Assembly (NCBI RefSeq): GCF_031769215.1
Contig: NW_026782320.1
Location: 1-64,000, forward strand
Direction: 5' to 3'
Source of the DNA: Ylistrum balloti
Taxonomy: Eukaryota
DNA: 64,000 nt
The notes under the pieces were generated by a model, which was given only the letters and a program-made list of their open reading frames with translations, searched no databases and had not been told where the DNA came from. Shown one piece after another: positions 12,485-25,374 of the stretch (its first letter is position 1; the number at the start of each line of letters is the position of its first letter). Made by a program: the position numbers and the translations under genes.

Positions 12485-14949
12485 GTTACAACATCCATAG
12501 ATATTTTGTAAAATGGCTCACTGATGATCGGTGGTTGTCCTAATGGAGCTTTCTCGTCACCACGTCTTCTGGCGGTCTTTTGACATACGTTACAAGTACT
12601 ACAGTATTCCTGTATATCCTTAAAAATCCCTTGCCAATAGAACGAATTAACGACACGCTGTTTGGTCTTTTCTATCCTAAATGTCCCTCAAGTGGTCTAT
12701 CATGTCCCAATTTAATGATATTGAGACGTAGTGCCTCTGGTAGTACTACCTGGACTCCATGTTGGGCTCCGTCACTAGACTCCCATTTCCTACGGAGAAT
12801 CCCATTTTCCCAGTACAGGGCATTCCTATCTTCCTGCACAGATTCCTCAGAACTTGCAGCTTTTCTCTGAATGTTGGCTAAAGTTGGATCTTCCTGCTGA
12901 AGCTTACTAAGCACTTTAGCATTTACAGCAGAAAGTTCAAGTGGTTCCTCCTTTGTGATGTTAACTGTATCGTCCTCATTGCTGTGAGATACAGCCTCAC
13001 TGATGTTGTCAGTGTCCTCACCAACGTCATCGCCATGGTCCAGGTCCACATCATTCCTCTGTCCAACATCACTTCCATTACGGACATCCTCTTGGTCCTC
13101 CTTGACGTCCGTATCGAGGTCCATTCCAAATTTAACATGGCATTCCTTTGCCTTGTCGTCAGCTAGCCTTTCTTCAGCAATGTTATTACGGTGTTGTGCA
13201 CGGGTAACAACCTTCACAGCTTTTGATTTTCTCTCTATTATGTCTACCCCCAACAGGGCTTCAGCGACAAGGTCAGACACTAATCCGACCTGAGCGTGTC
13301 CCTTATAATATGGCGTGTCCATATCAACGATAGCCAGTTTGGCTGAAAATGGCTGTCCAGTCGCTGTACACAGCGTCTCCCGCTGACCCTCCAATACACA
13401 ACTGGGGTCCACCAGGTCTTCTCTAATCAAGGTCATCGCTGACCCAGTGTCTTTCACGAAACTAATATCACGGCCATTGACCTCTCCTGGGACATGGATA
13501 AGTCCTCCCGTGTACTGTCGCACTAAAAATCCTGCAAGATTTTTACCCTCTCTGTTTTTTGGACATTTCCTCGCGAAGTGCCCGTACTTGTTACAATTGT
13601 AACACTGCATACTTTTCATTTGCTCTGTCGATTTCTCCTTTCTCTGGTCCCGATCAGAGGTAAAAGGTTTTCCATTTAAACTTTTACCTTGTGTTAATTT
13701 ATTTATATTTCGTTCAGGTAGAATATAATCCACTGCGGCTTCAACCACACTGCTTGACCGTTTGTTACGGCGTATCCATTGTGCATGTGACACTGGCAAT
13801 GCACTAAGAAAATATTCCTGTTTGAATTTTTCCATGACATCCTCTACTGAATCCACAAATCTAGTAAGATATTGTTCAATTCTTGCCATAAGTCCTCTGT
13901 ATGTTTCCTTAGGTTCCTTTTGGGTTGTCTGTAATAGCTTGAAATATTGGTAGGGCCTTTTCCAATACCTGTCCATTAGGGCTTTACAAAGTTCTTCAAA
14001 TGACCTATGTGATTGAATAGCTACCTCTGTGGCCTCACCTGTTAACGAGGTTCTCAGCTGTAGCATTTTTACTTCTTCTGTCTATCCAGCCTGTGTTGGT
14101 TAAAGTAGTAAACTCTGATAAGAATGTCACTATAGTTTGTAATTTCAGTCTAAACGGCACAGGGTTAGAATTTGTGTCACTTCGTTCCTTTTGAAGTTTT
14201 GCTTTTTCAATCTGGAATTCCAATTCTTTAACTTTTCTTTGATGTTCTCTTTCCTTTTCTTAGGCGTCCATTCTTATCTTTTCTCTTTCCATTTCCGTCT
14301 TCATCCTTTCTCTTTCGACATTCATTTGGCGTTCTTTTCCCTCTTTTTCTGCTTCCATCTTCATCCTTTCTCTTTCGAAATTCATGTCGCGTTCTTTTTC
14401 CTCTTTCTCTGCTTGAATTTCGAGTCTTCTTATTTCCAACTTTGTTAGTGCTGCTGTCATCTTCGCAGTTTCCGTTTCTTCAGGGGTCGACATATTGAAC
14501 AGTTCTAATGAGCGTTATACCTTTGAAAATGGAGGCATTCTCCTTAGAATGATCCTTTACCGCTGCCACCAGAATATGTTACCCCTCTATGTTGTACTAT
14601 CTTTATGTCATATAAAAGACCAGCAACAACCGTTCTAAAATACAAATAGTGAGTATTAGCACATGTTACAACAATGATAACATGTATGGCCTGAGTATCA
14701 AGCTTAACAAGTTACTCATTCCACGGCCACACCAGGACTGACTGTATTTGCTGTGATCTTACAGTTTATCCTTAAGTGAAAGTGTCTTCTACTGATCTAC
14801 AATTAAACCGTGAACAGTTAATGTCTCACTGGTGGAGATTATGTCCAGCCAATGTTTCACAGCATGATTCTAACAAAACGGTGACCGCAATTAAACTGTC
14901 TGATAAGCCAGCCGGTCACATTAAGATTTAACACAAATTATGTTCTACA
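12485..14949 (-). mobile_element. Gmr1-like Gypsy, 5' half: LTR, PBS, gag, protease, start of integrase
   Basis: LTR about 14577-14949; PBS ACCGCTGCCACCA 14559-14571; coiled-coil gag; SCAN-like segment; CYNCNKYGHFARKC; DTGSAMT; then GH..HLG and, in a shifted frame, FYW..CSTCNVCQK..PFYKISMD (integrase) with no RT in between. Confidence 0.85.
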
Positions 14950-14959
14950 TTTGAGTGAC

Positions 14960-15200
14960 AAATTTCACCATTAACACCTTTGTGTTCCAAACATACTTTT
15001 TATTTTGTCAAGTATTGGAATTGTCATATTTACTGACACAGAGACTCGAATACTCGTCAACGAGCAAATATTCTCCTGACGGTAATGGCCCCAAAAGTCC
15101 ACACTAACATTTCCCCATGGTCCTGCAGGAAGTTCCGACATTTTCAATGATTCCATACTTTGTTTTTCTGCTGTTAGGACGTGACAAGCTAAACAATCTT
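14960..15200 (-). pseudogene. Short Gypsy integrase fragment
   Basis: ELPAGPWGNVSVDF matches the start of the rve core; degenerate. Confidence 0.65.
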
Positions 15201-15269
15201 CAATTGCTGTTTCTACCCTGGCATCTATTCCTGGAAACTATACCTTTTCATGATTGTAGCTTTACTGCG

Positions 15270-15622
15270 GGGAACGTTAAGCTCTGGACAGGGGCAAACA
15301 TATGCGCTGGACACAAAATTTCAAGAAAGGGCAATAACTCCGTTAATGTTCCAGCAAGAGTTATGGTTTTTGTACGCTGCACATTGCTATCTTCATTGGT
15401 TAAAAAGATATGCCCCGGACAAGCAAAATTAAGGTTTTTATACAAAGGGGGATAACTCTGTAAATGTTCCAGCAAGAGTTATGGTTCTTGTTTAATGATC
15501 ATGTGTATCAAGTTTGAAGAAGCATTAGTTCAAAAGTTATGGCCCGGACAAGAAAATATTACGGATATACGGACAAAGCGGCAACTATATGCTCTCCCGA
15601 ACCTCGTTTGGGGAGCATAAAA
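15270..15622 (+). mobile_element. Non-autonomous Helentron/HINE-like interspersed repeat, 5' truncated
   Basis: Core repeat GGGCAATAACTCC...GAGTTATGG twice, ACGG-type tract, terminal hairpin GCTCTCCC...GGGGAGC followed by ATAAAA. Confidence 0.65.
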
Positions 15623-16242
15623 TCCTAGCAATTTCGCAAAAGTTTACATTATTAGAGGTTTTTTAAAAACTGACCGTAAGTGATGGCATATAGTATTTCT
15701 ACAAAAAAAAGTATGTTTAACAAACTTGCCCTCAAACTAATGCCTCCTTTCTGGGTCGTTGGTAAGGAGTGGATCGACTACTCTTTTGACCTTTCATGAA
15801 AGAATTTCTTGATAAATTGATGCCATTGGGTAAATACCAACGACATCACATCCTTTACTGCAGTCTTTAAGTTGGGGCATTTTTCTAATCGTCTCTCAAT
15901 TTGTTTCTGCAATGAACTTGTCATTTATAAATTGTTCTAGGGAAATACTGACAAATATAAATTAGTTTCTACTCAATTAGTGATAATCATTGTTATTTAA
16001 CTGATTCTGTTATTACTTTCAAATACAGCTAGTATTAATCTATTCTAATGCTATATATATACATAAAAATGATTTTTGACAAAAGAAGAAAGACGTTACA
16101 TTTTGCACTAGCGCTTTCACTGTATTAGATCTTCAGGTGCATAGTAACTGTACATAATGGTGTGGCGTCACAACATGTTATCTGTTGATGACGTCATAAT
16201 ATAAAAGGGGCATAATTATATTTTGCAAACTTTACAATGCGG

Positions 16243-16925
16243 TTAAACATTAATATTCAAGTCTGGTTTTAAAATGTTTATAATTTCTGACTCCTTGGCT
16301 TCTCTTTGTAATCGATTGGTTTCAGATGAAAAAGTATACAGGGGTAACATTTGGAAAAAGCCGTTGCATCCTGCTATGTGTCGGCTGATTGGTAGATGTC
16401 TATATCTTTCGTGGGATATTTGTTAGCGATGTAATGTTACGCGTTTGCGGAGGTGTTCTGTTTGTCCTATATAGAAACTTCCACATTTTGGACAAAGGAT
16501 TAAGTAAATCACGTTTTTTGATTTACAGTTCATACTGCTTTTAACTTCCCACTTCTTTCCACTTTTTAATTGTAAGGAATTCCCTGTAATGATATGTTGA
16601 CACGTTCCACATCTCTTTTCTCGACAAGTATTGACTTCCGGTAACTTTGTTTCTGATGAAAATGATGCACGTGTTAGATATTTTTTCAAATTTTTTGGCT
16701 GACGGTAGCTTGCGATAAATTTGGTATTTTTCATAATGTTTTTCATTCGCTCAGAGCCATCTAAAATGTTCATATGTTGTTTGACCGTTCTTTTGATTTG
16801 AGGGTTACTGGGGTTGTATGTCATAACAAGTGGCAGTACCTTCTCATCGTTTTTTTCTTTCGGTGTTCTGAGTTCCACTATTGGAATTTCGGAGGCTCTC
16901 CTGATGCCGTTATGTATATATACAT
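16243..16925 (-). pseudogene. Penelope-like element 3' fragment with GIY-YIG endonuclease
   Basis: LPLVMTYNP...RQPKNLK..CREKRCGTC..VIYLILCPKCGSFYIGQT..LRKRVTLHR, continuing past one stop to LKPDLN; 5' truncated. Confidence 0.88.
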
Positions 16926-16935
16926 ATAGTTATAC

Positions 16936-17490
16936 CTTTGATGTTCCAGTAGGAAAGATTTCTTTCTCATAATCTGTATTGGCTGAAGACATTCCATTTT
17001 CTTTCAACATCTACAACACAAAATATTTTCACATTAAAAGTAAAAAAGAAGTGTCTTTGGGTTGTTTTTTTTTCAAATTATCTTCAAGATCAGAGTTAAG
17101 TTTCGTTTTATTAAAGCTATTTAAGCTTTAACCCATTCTCTGGCTTCTACTAATTACACTTTACCTTTACAGCTTTCTTAAGGCTTTTTAACTTCATTTT
17201 TTAATTTTTCTATTTCACTCCAGACGTCTTGTTGATAAGGTTGTTTTGCTGGAAATTCGTCGCGGTTGTCATCGTATAGCGTTCTTCTAAAATATGTCAG
17301 GACATCTGATACAGACGTTGAATTGTGGGGCACTGGACCACAGGCATATTTTTGCTGATCTTGTCTGCCTGTTGTGAAGAGCTGCATTGGATTGAAGCCT
17401 TCATGTACGCTTGACACAGTAGTTGGTAGAGGCACTGGATTAAATTGTTCATGAGTGCTAGACACGGTTATCTGCCGAGTTGGAGGCTAT
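16936..17490 (-). pseudogene. Small spliced gene of unknown function, decayed
   Basis: Putative exons about 17490-17165 (poly-A frameshift near 17185) and 17010-16936 with GT/AG sites; no recognisable domain. Confidence 0.3.
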
Positions 17491-17540
17491 GCTAATTTCC
17501 TAACTTTTTATGCTTATTTATTGTCAGTTATGCTGTAAAA

Positions 17541-17645
17541 TTACAGTCCTATGCTAGTCTCTGACAGTCTTATGCTAGTCTTTGACAGTCTTATGCTAGT
17601 CTCTGACAGTCTTATGCTGTTTGGTTACAGTCTTATGCTATTATT
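17541..17645. repeat. 21-bp tandem repeat (GACAGTCTTATGCTAGTCTCT), about 5 copies
   Basis: Periodicity is directly visible. Confidence 0.9.
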
Positions 17646-17889
17646 TTACTCGTTAATGCTAATAAATTTACTGATTATGCTACTTTTTTACACTTCTGCT
17701 AAAGGTGACTTCTGTGCTGAAATGGTAACTTTTGGAAAGTCCAGCAAAAATGAAAAAAAAAATTATGTATTTTAAGGATGTGTTTTCTCGACGTTTTGAC
17801 CGATTTCCTACCCAAAAAACATACTTATTTTACATTTTTTTCGAAGAAATTTTGAGAAATTGAAGATGGTTGCCTTAAAGATGATATTA

Positions 17890-18340
17890 TTTATTGATTC
17901 ATTTTGTGAAGCCGTCTGTCTATACGTTGAGGCTCGGTAGCATGAAACCTGCCGTCTTGAGCCCATATTTCCAATATATTCATACAATATACCAAACTAT
18001 ACACATTTAATATGTACTTTATATTTTCCGTATTAATTTCACGTTGTGTTTTTCAATTCTAACAAACATGACAATCTTTTGCTTTCTAGTATATATTTCC
18101 ATAATTTTGGTATTCTTTATCCAATTGCATAATATAAAGCATAATAATATGCAAATACATATAAAGATGATGAGAATAACAACACAGACGATATTCATCA
18201 TTAATTGTATTTATTGAGAGCATCTGTCTCTGTTCAGGCTCGGTAGCGGGAAACCTGCCCTCTTAAGCCCATATTTACAATATATACATACAACATGCAA
18301 AATATACAATAAACCAAACTATACAAATTTAATATATACA
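17890..18340. repeat. Two-copy direct repeat (about 125 bp) with a GC-rich hairpin core
   Basis: AGGCTCGGTAGC..GAAACCTGCC.TCTT.AGCCCATATTT at 17930 and 18236; flanks also similar. Confidence 0.8.
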
Positions 18341-18883
18341 CAGGTAAACTTTGTGATTGAAAATGATTATTTTTATACATAATTAACGTAATTGGAACTA
18401 TTTTGAATTTTATAAACTCATACATACACATATTCTTAACTAGTTGCACCTAAATATACACACAGAATATTTTGTATTAAATGATTGAAAATGATTATTT
18501 ATATAAAAATCATCTTAGACAGAACTATTTGAAGTTTTTATAAACATATACGTAGATAGAAACATAAATTTTTATACATGTTTTCATAAACATATACACA
18601 AATCAAATTGGTTTGCTAGTTCTACCTAAATTATACACACAGAATAATTTGCATAAAATGATTCAAAATGATTATTTATATACAAAATTATCTTAGGTGC
18701 AATATTTTATCTTTTTAGAAACATACACAGAGACATTTGTTTGGTAAGTTTCATTTAAATCAAATACACCGAATATAATTTTTATTATTTTTAATGATTA
18801 CATATATATTCAGAATAAGCATGAAAATTAGATTTCAATTTTTACTTCAAATACAGTTTTTTGTGTTTGTTTCCTGGAAACAG

Positions 18884-21234
18884 TCATTGTTTATTTTCAC
18901 GTCTTGCCGTCCTTACCCTGTCACAAAGTTTTTTGTCGGTTTCTTTGCCAAATCGCGAATGCACTTGTTCATAAAGGATTTGTCCTGCCTCTGTTGACCA
19001 GAGTATGTCCTTGACATCTTTCGTTCTGACCCGCTCTGCTGCTAAGAGTGACTGTCAAAGATTTAAGAGTGTATGTGATTCTTTGTCGGTAAAGGATCGC
19101 CTTCCGTGAGTACGCCTTGGTTTCTCTATAGAGTCCGGAATTTTTTCCGAGGTATCCAGAATTTCTTCCGGGGTGTCCGGAGACGTGCCCGAGGTCTGTG
19201 GGGGGATATTCATGCCCGGTTGCCTCTTTGGCTGCCCGAAGGGGTGCTCCGAGCGCTGCAGTTGGCTTAGGCTGAAATTAAAGTGAATGAAATTAAATTC
19301 ATGGTATTTGTTTATTAATTTCGATTCAAGGAAATTGATGATTTCAATAATGTTATATCATTAGACGCAGAAAATAACTTACTTTTGGTTTTGATACAAT
19401 GTTACCAAGTATTCTAGACATAGGCAATGCGTTGTCAACTACTTTAATCCTGTGATAGTATTTATCACTAGTGGTGGCGAGGTGCGACATATGAGCCGCC
19501 AGTACATCTCTCGATGCGGGAAGTTCTGTTCTGACTCTAGTGGCAACAGATTTACGCAAGAGTGTTGCGCTTTTCGATTTAGCTGAAAGAACATTTTTCC
19601 ACACCTGGTTTATCAGTTTGTTCAGGTTGGAATGCGTCATGGGGTTTGGCTTGCCTCCTAGCACAGGATAGGTATAAAACATTGTTTCTGTTTTACTTGG
19701 TTTAAATTCCGGGAGTTGGTTCCGGAGACTTTGGTACCTTTCCAGGGATTGGGCAGGCCAATGACAGCTGCGCCGTATGCGCTGTTCTTATGCTGTTTGA
19801 CCTGAAAATAGAAGAAACCAATATATCTGTAATACCACTGGTTTTAAACAGGCGAGCAGATTAAGATATACTTACTTCTATGTATTTGGTGTTTCGCACA
19901 GAAAAAAATCAAATGTGGTTTATTTATTTCTATAATTGCTAACCGTAACTCTTACCTGCAGGACAGTTCCGCCATCCTTTATTTGCGCTTTCTTTAGGAC
20001 ATCGTCTTTTATTCCCAAGATGGCTCCGGATCTCTGCCCATTTGTCAAAATTATCCTCAATATTAAATATCCCAGCATCCTATTGTATTGAATGTTGCTG
20101 TTGAGTTTTATGGGCAAATCCTCGAACTCGCTCTCTATGTGCGCGACGTAGGCTGAATTCAAAAATTGTTCAATCTCAGTTGATGTGGGCATCCTGTTGA
20201 TGTCATCTGTTTGAACTTCGGTTTGTCGCTCTCCGATCTTTTGCAGTCTCCGCATAAGTGTTTTGATTCTTGTCTTGGCGACAGTCACGTCTTGTATTTG
20301 GTTGACATGTTTCCTATTGATCAGGAAGTCAAAAAAAACTACCAAGCTACTTAGGTAGCTTTTTACCGTCCCTGCCTTGAATTTTTCTAGTGCCCGGGGT
20401 ACCCAATCATCAATTATGAAGTCAGCATCCAATAGGTTTGTTATATCGAAATTCGATGGATCTGTGGATTCTTGGCGGTAAGTCCATATTGTAAAGACTT
20501 GTTTACAGTATTGGAAAGACAATTTTTGATCTTTTGAAAACTCGCCGCCTTGTAGAAATGCACAAGATTTTCTCAATATTGGCACACCGAGGAAGCCCAG
20601 TGGTCCTTTGGGGGTTTGGTCATCTATCGGGATGATTTCTTCTTCTTCGTCCGGTATAGATTCTACTTCTTTCCCCTGTATGTTGTCCTCATCGGAATCT
20701 TCTTGTTCTGAAGCGCCCAACGACTCACTTTTGGGCGATGGAGGTGACGCTGGTGACTCCGTTTGTTCCACCGTGATTTCCACGCAGGAGTCTTGACCTG
20801 GTGGGGGCCAGAGTTTCTTTGACTTAACTATTCTTTGACGTGGGGTCGGTCTCTCCGATACTTTACAATCATCTCCAAGGGGAGATGCAAGTCTTATCAG
20901 TGATTTCCTGTAGGATTTATCCGTTATGTTATGTACTTGTACCAAATGGTCACGGAGGCGTGAACAATCTTTCTCGCACTTGTCGATTAGGCATTTATAC
21001 ACGATGTAACCTCCTTTAGTCCTTAAATGTTTTTGTTCTTTTTTCTGAGTTATTCCATGTACTACTCTGGAATGACGCCAAATATTTGATTGTAATTTGC
21101 CACAAACATCACATGTGGTTTTTGGTTTAATTCTCTTTTCAGGTGCAGTTGTTCCTTATGACGTGTTGGGACTGAAAATTTTCTTTACTTTTGGTGGAGA
21201 AGGTGGAATTATCGTTGGAGGAACTGTCGTCGAC
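18884..21234 (-). pseudogene. Spliced tyrosine recombinase gene (Crypton-like) with two N-terminal C2H2-like fingers and a C-terminal Myb/SANT-like tail
   Basis: Exons 21234-19956, 19801-19383, 19271-18884 with canonical in-phase GT-AG junctions. Motifs CDVCGK..RH..VH, CLIDKC..DH..VH, NGQRSGAI, VKQHKN, TLLRKSVAT, HMSH..TSDKYY. Stops at 21156 and 19055, frameshift near 19745. Confidence 0.8.
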
Positions 21235-21584
21235 CTGTAGACAGGAAGGTAATAAATAGAAAAAAAAATCCTATAAAATTCCATCTCCAGATAATACTAT
21301 TTTAGTTACATATTATAAATGATTCCTATCATAACCATGGCAAGCTTGTTAGACTTATACATCAAAGTAAACAACAAACACAAAATCTGAATTGAAATAT
21401 GGCCGTTTTATTAAACGACGTATGTACATATACAACTAACAAAAATAGTACATATCTAAAACTTTTTAGATAATCACTCAATTCAAGTTGTACATGTATA
21501 AAACTAAAGATTTAAGTCTAAGATGGGGGTATAAAAAACGCCACAGAGATAAACTATCCATGGGTAATATAACCGAAGGATTAG

Positions 21585-21950
21585 TTTATTCACAAGTTTC
21601 GCAAGGATCTCCGGCGTAATCGGCAGACGGCTGTCTACGTGCTAAGTACCACGCTGAATGGAATTTAATAATTTCTTTATCAGGAAGGATTGTGTGGGAT
21701 CACGATAACCACAAATCTTATTTATGTAACCTATAGCTGCAACATATGTGGAAATAGTGGCGGATGCTAAGTGGTGGTCAAACAAATGTGCAATGAAAAA
21801 TGCAAGTACAGGATATGAGGTTGGCAAGACTGGAGTACCCGAAAGACCTGAGGTAACAAAATTGCAAAGGAGAGAATATGCTCTCTCATAAACACGAGAA
21901 GTTTGCATTGATGTAGCTTTCACTAGCAACGAATGGATAGTACTAGTCAA
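21585..21950 (-). pseudogene. DIRS/Ngaro tyrosine recombinase N-terminal (SAM-like) part, truncated
   Basis: FFIAHLFDHHLASATISTYVAAIGYINKICGYRDPT, then DSRLPITPEIL in a shifted frame. Confidence 0.82.
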
Positions 21951-22061
21951 AGGTACATGAACTGGGGTGGAATGGAAGTTGGATGTACCTCCATATGTGG
22001 GGCCAGTTGACGAAAGGAGTCCACCTGTAAACGAGACAGATGGTCACTTAAGGTATTGCAC

Positions 22062-23700
22062 TTACCAGGTATATGTTGCGAAGTAAATAAAATATTCAGT
22101 TTTAATGCTGTCACTACAAAAACGCCGAACTAGTCTCATGAGGATTTTGTCTTTACTGGTTTGTTTATTGATAATGTCTACCACAGCATGATTATCACAA
22201 TGAAAGATGATACAGCGGTTCAAGAGGGAGGGGCCCCAAATTTCCAACGCGAGAACTACAGCAAAAAATTCTTTAACAGTTATGTGGAAAGACTCCCATT
22301 CAGATGGCCATTTCCCATACATCCAGGCTGTTTAAAAAAAATCCGCCAAAACCCACATTACTCGCATCAGTGTAAAACTGTAAATGTGCTGATGTTTCCC
22401 ACTTATCAGATAAAAACATGGATGTGCCGTTAAAATAGTCCAAAAATAGTCCCCAAGCGGCTAAATCAGCCCGAGCCTCTTTGCTCAGCCTCCTGTGATG
22501 ATGTGGTTTTGTTAAGCCACAAGTTAGATCAATCAATCGACGCAAAAAAGGGCGACCTGGCAAAACAACCCTACAAGCAAAGTTAAGCAAGCCTATCAGT
22601 GACTGGAGTTCCTTAAGAGTGACTTTGCGGCATCTAGAAAACAACTTCACACAATCCCGCATTTTCTCTAATTTATCCATGGGGAGTCGAGCAACCATAG
22701 CAACGCTATCCAACTCAATACCTAGAAAAGTGAGGCAGGTTGTGGGGAACTCTGTTTTGCTTTGTTTGATTGGAATGGCAGTATCAAAACAAAATTGTAA
22801 AAAAGTTGTTAGATCCGTGAGACATTTTTCAGTATTAGGAGGGCCTACAAAAAGAAAATCATCCAAAACATGAACTACCCCTGCTACGTTAAACTTGTGT
22901 TCTAAAATCCAATGAATAGCAGAGCTGAAGGCCTCAAACAACCTGCAAGAAATGGAACAGCCCATGGGCAGAACCCGATCAAAATAATAGTGACTCTCTA
23001 TCTTAAAACCTAACAGTTCATAATCCTCTGGATGAATGGGGATTAGCCGAAAAGCTGACTCTGTGTCTGTCTTAGCTAATAGCGACCCTATCCCATATGT
23101 TTTCATAAGCTGAATGGCATGATCAATTGTTTGATAACTGACAGTAGAATATTCCGGAGAAATACCATCATTAATTGAAGAACCCTCAGGAAAGGATAAA
23201 TGATGTATAACTCTGTACTCATTTGGCTCTTTTTTGGGAACCAACCCTAAAGGAGAAACTTGTAAATTAGGGAATGGTGGCTCAGTAAAAGGACCGCTAC
23301 AGCGACTGTTGTCAAGTTCTTTTTGGATTTTATTTTTTAAAATGTCAATCTGTTCTACTGCCGACTTCAGATTATTAGCCTCACGAAAAATTCTAGGCCC
23401 TTCATACTGTAAATGAAAGCTGAACATAAAACCCTGTTCTAAAAAGGCGAATTTTGAGGGGGGATAACCCTGTAGGTACTCCAGAAATTTAGGAACCCTG
23501 ATTGGAGTAGGTAAGGAACTACTTTCGGGGAGGTTGACGTTGCTGTTTACCTGGTTGAGCTGGGGAGTTACCGGAGCCAGCAGCTGGCTGTCTGTCAGGT
23601 TTGGAGGTGTTAAGACAGTTTTTCTGTTGATGTCTGCCACTGCAGACCCCACACCCATGCCAGAATTTACACCTGCTGCCCTTGGCACACTTACCATGCC
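22062..23700 (-). pseudogene. DIRS/Ngaro RT and RNase H with a frameshift near 22320
   Basis: SPLGLVPKK, TDTESAFRLIP, LPMGCSIS, HVLDDF, YTDAS, KEFFAV, CDNHAVV. Confidence 0.92.
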
Positions 23701-24930
23701 TGTCATAAGCCCAGCACACTTTCTTGGTGCGCATGCTGGGCTTCTGACCCTGAAAGGGCTGTGGAGGGCAGAGAGCACGAAGGCCAATAGCAGTTGCCTC
23801 CATGTACAGCTCAGAATGGGGTAGGTGCCAAGGGGAACTGGGATATAATTGATGCCACATTCTAAAATTAGCATCATAATGCATAGCAGCAGCAATGCCC
23901 GACCTCTTGTTGAGTGTTTGTACGATATCTGCATACTTCATTAGGCTGACAGCTGCCTGAGGATAAGCCTGGACATAGATGGACACAAAGATATGAAAAG
24001 ATATCCACTGTTCAATAGATTTAAAGGAAAAACCTTTATTATTTTTACTCAGCACTAATTGCTGCCCTTGTACTTCAACTTTCAAAGTGTCATTTTCATG
24101 GGGTGTCCGTTTAAGCAATAAGCCTAATTCCACATATTCATTATTGAAAATTTTAGACTTGAGTTTGACATCTACAAACATATCAAGAGGACGAGCAATG
24201 CTTATACAAGTAACATTTGGGGTCTCACCAGCTACATCCCGAAAAAGATTGGTATAAGACACAGGCCTGTCGACGAGTGGGCTGGTATGCCCTGTTCCTG
24301 TGGCTGTAAAGGCAGATGATTGCGGCACTTGTTGTGTTGGTGGCTGATCTGCCAATCCTGTTGCTGCTGCCGGGATGGTATGGGATGGTACCCCGGGTGG
24401 ACCCTGATGGGATTGGTCGGCAGATCCTAACCCAGCTGTAAGGAATACTGACGACAACACAGGCTGAGATGCCTGTTGATTGGAGGATCCCGCTGCAGCT
24501 GCCGGGATGGTGGTGGAGCTAACACTGTGCGGGAAAGACTGGGGTGAAAGTTGGGAGTCCATATTTACATTAAGTGGGACGGGGCGGCTGGAGCTGGCAC
24601 TGATACTAATTGAATGTTCTGACTCGCCCTGCCCATATCTGTCGCACTGGCAGTTGCTGGAGGGTTGATAGTATACCCTGCCTCTTTCATATAGTTAAAC
24701 AGCTGTGCAGCTAGGTCAGGGATAGACACATTGGCGGATGCTTGATGCCCAGTTGCTGTCTCATTAACTGTGTCTGTTGGCGCGACGGATTGCCGCCTAC
24801 GTCGTCCAGCAGTCTGTGTCGTATCTGTCCTAGTGACAGGTGGTGTCACAGTTACTAGGGTGTGATTGCGTGCTGCCCGACGGCGAGATCGTCGCATTGC
24901 CCCGATGGAGCCAGGATTGTCTGGAAACAT
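23519..24930 (-). pseudogene. Ngaro gag-like ORF1, frameshifted
   Basis: ORFs 24565-24930 and 23519-24562; C-terminal CWAYD..C..C..WH.C..C...H finger; overlaps the RT ORF. Confidence 0.75.
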
Positions 24931-25374
24931 ACGTGTTAAAAGCAGTATCCCAATAAGTATGATGTACCGGTATATAAGCGAAAAACCCTATGGACGTTAT
25001 GTGGCAAACCTGTATATAATGACTTGAAAGTACTACAACATGAATAAAACAGAGCAGAAAGTTAAACCATAACCAATTCAACTTTCAAGAGGTGTATATA
25101 GGAAGTAATGGGTGCATGCTAATGGCTTTACCTGATGTGACATATAATTAACTCAAAGGTACAGGCTGTGAAAGGTAAAGCAGACACCAGGTACCTCCCA
25201 AGAGTATAAACATTAAACCAACTATGTAATACCATACAAGCTTGAAAAACGGTATTAACGCAAATTCATCAATACACCTGTAGATATAATTACAGGTTAA
25301 TTGAATGTAAGGAAATTTTGAAAGTGCCAAGGAAAAAACTGAGAAGTCCCATTGAACAATCCAGATGACGAGGA

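Noticed and set aside
17930-18275. Possible hammerhead ribozyme near the Penelope fragment
   Set aside because: GAAAC is present, but there is no CUGANGA core in a correct stem arrangement on either strand.
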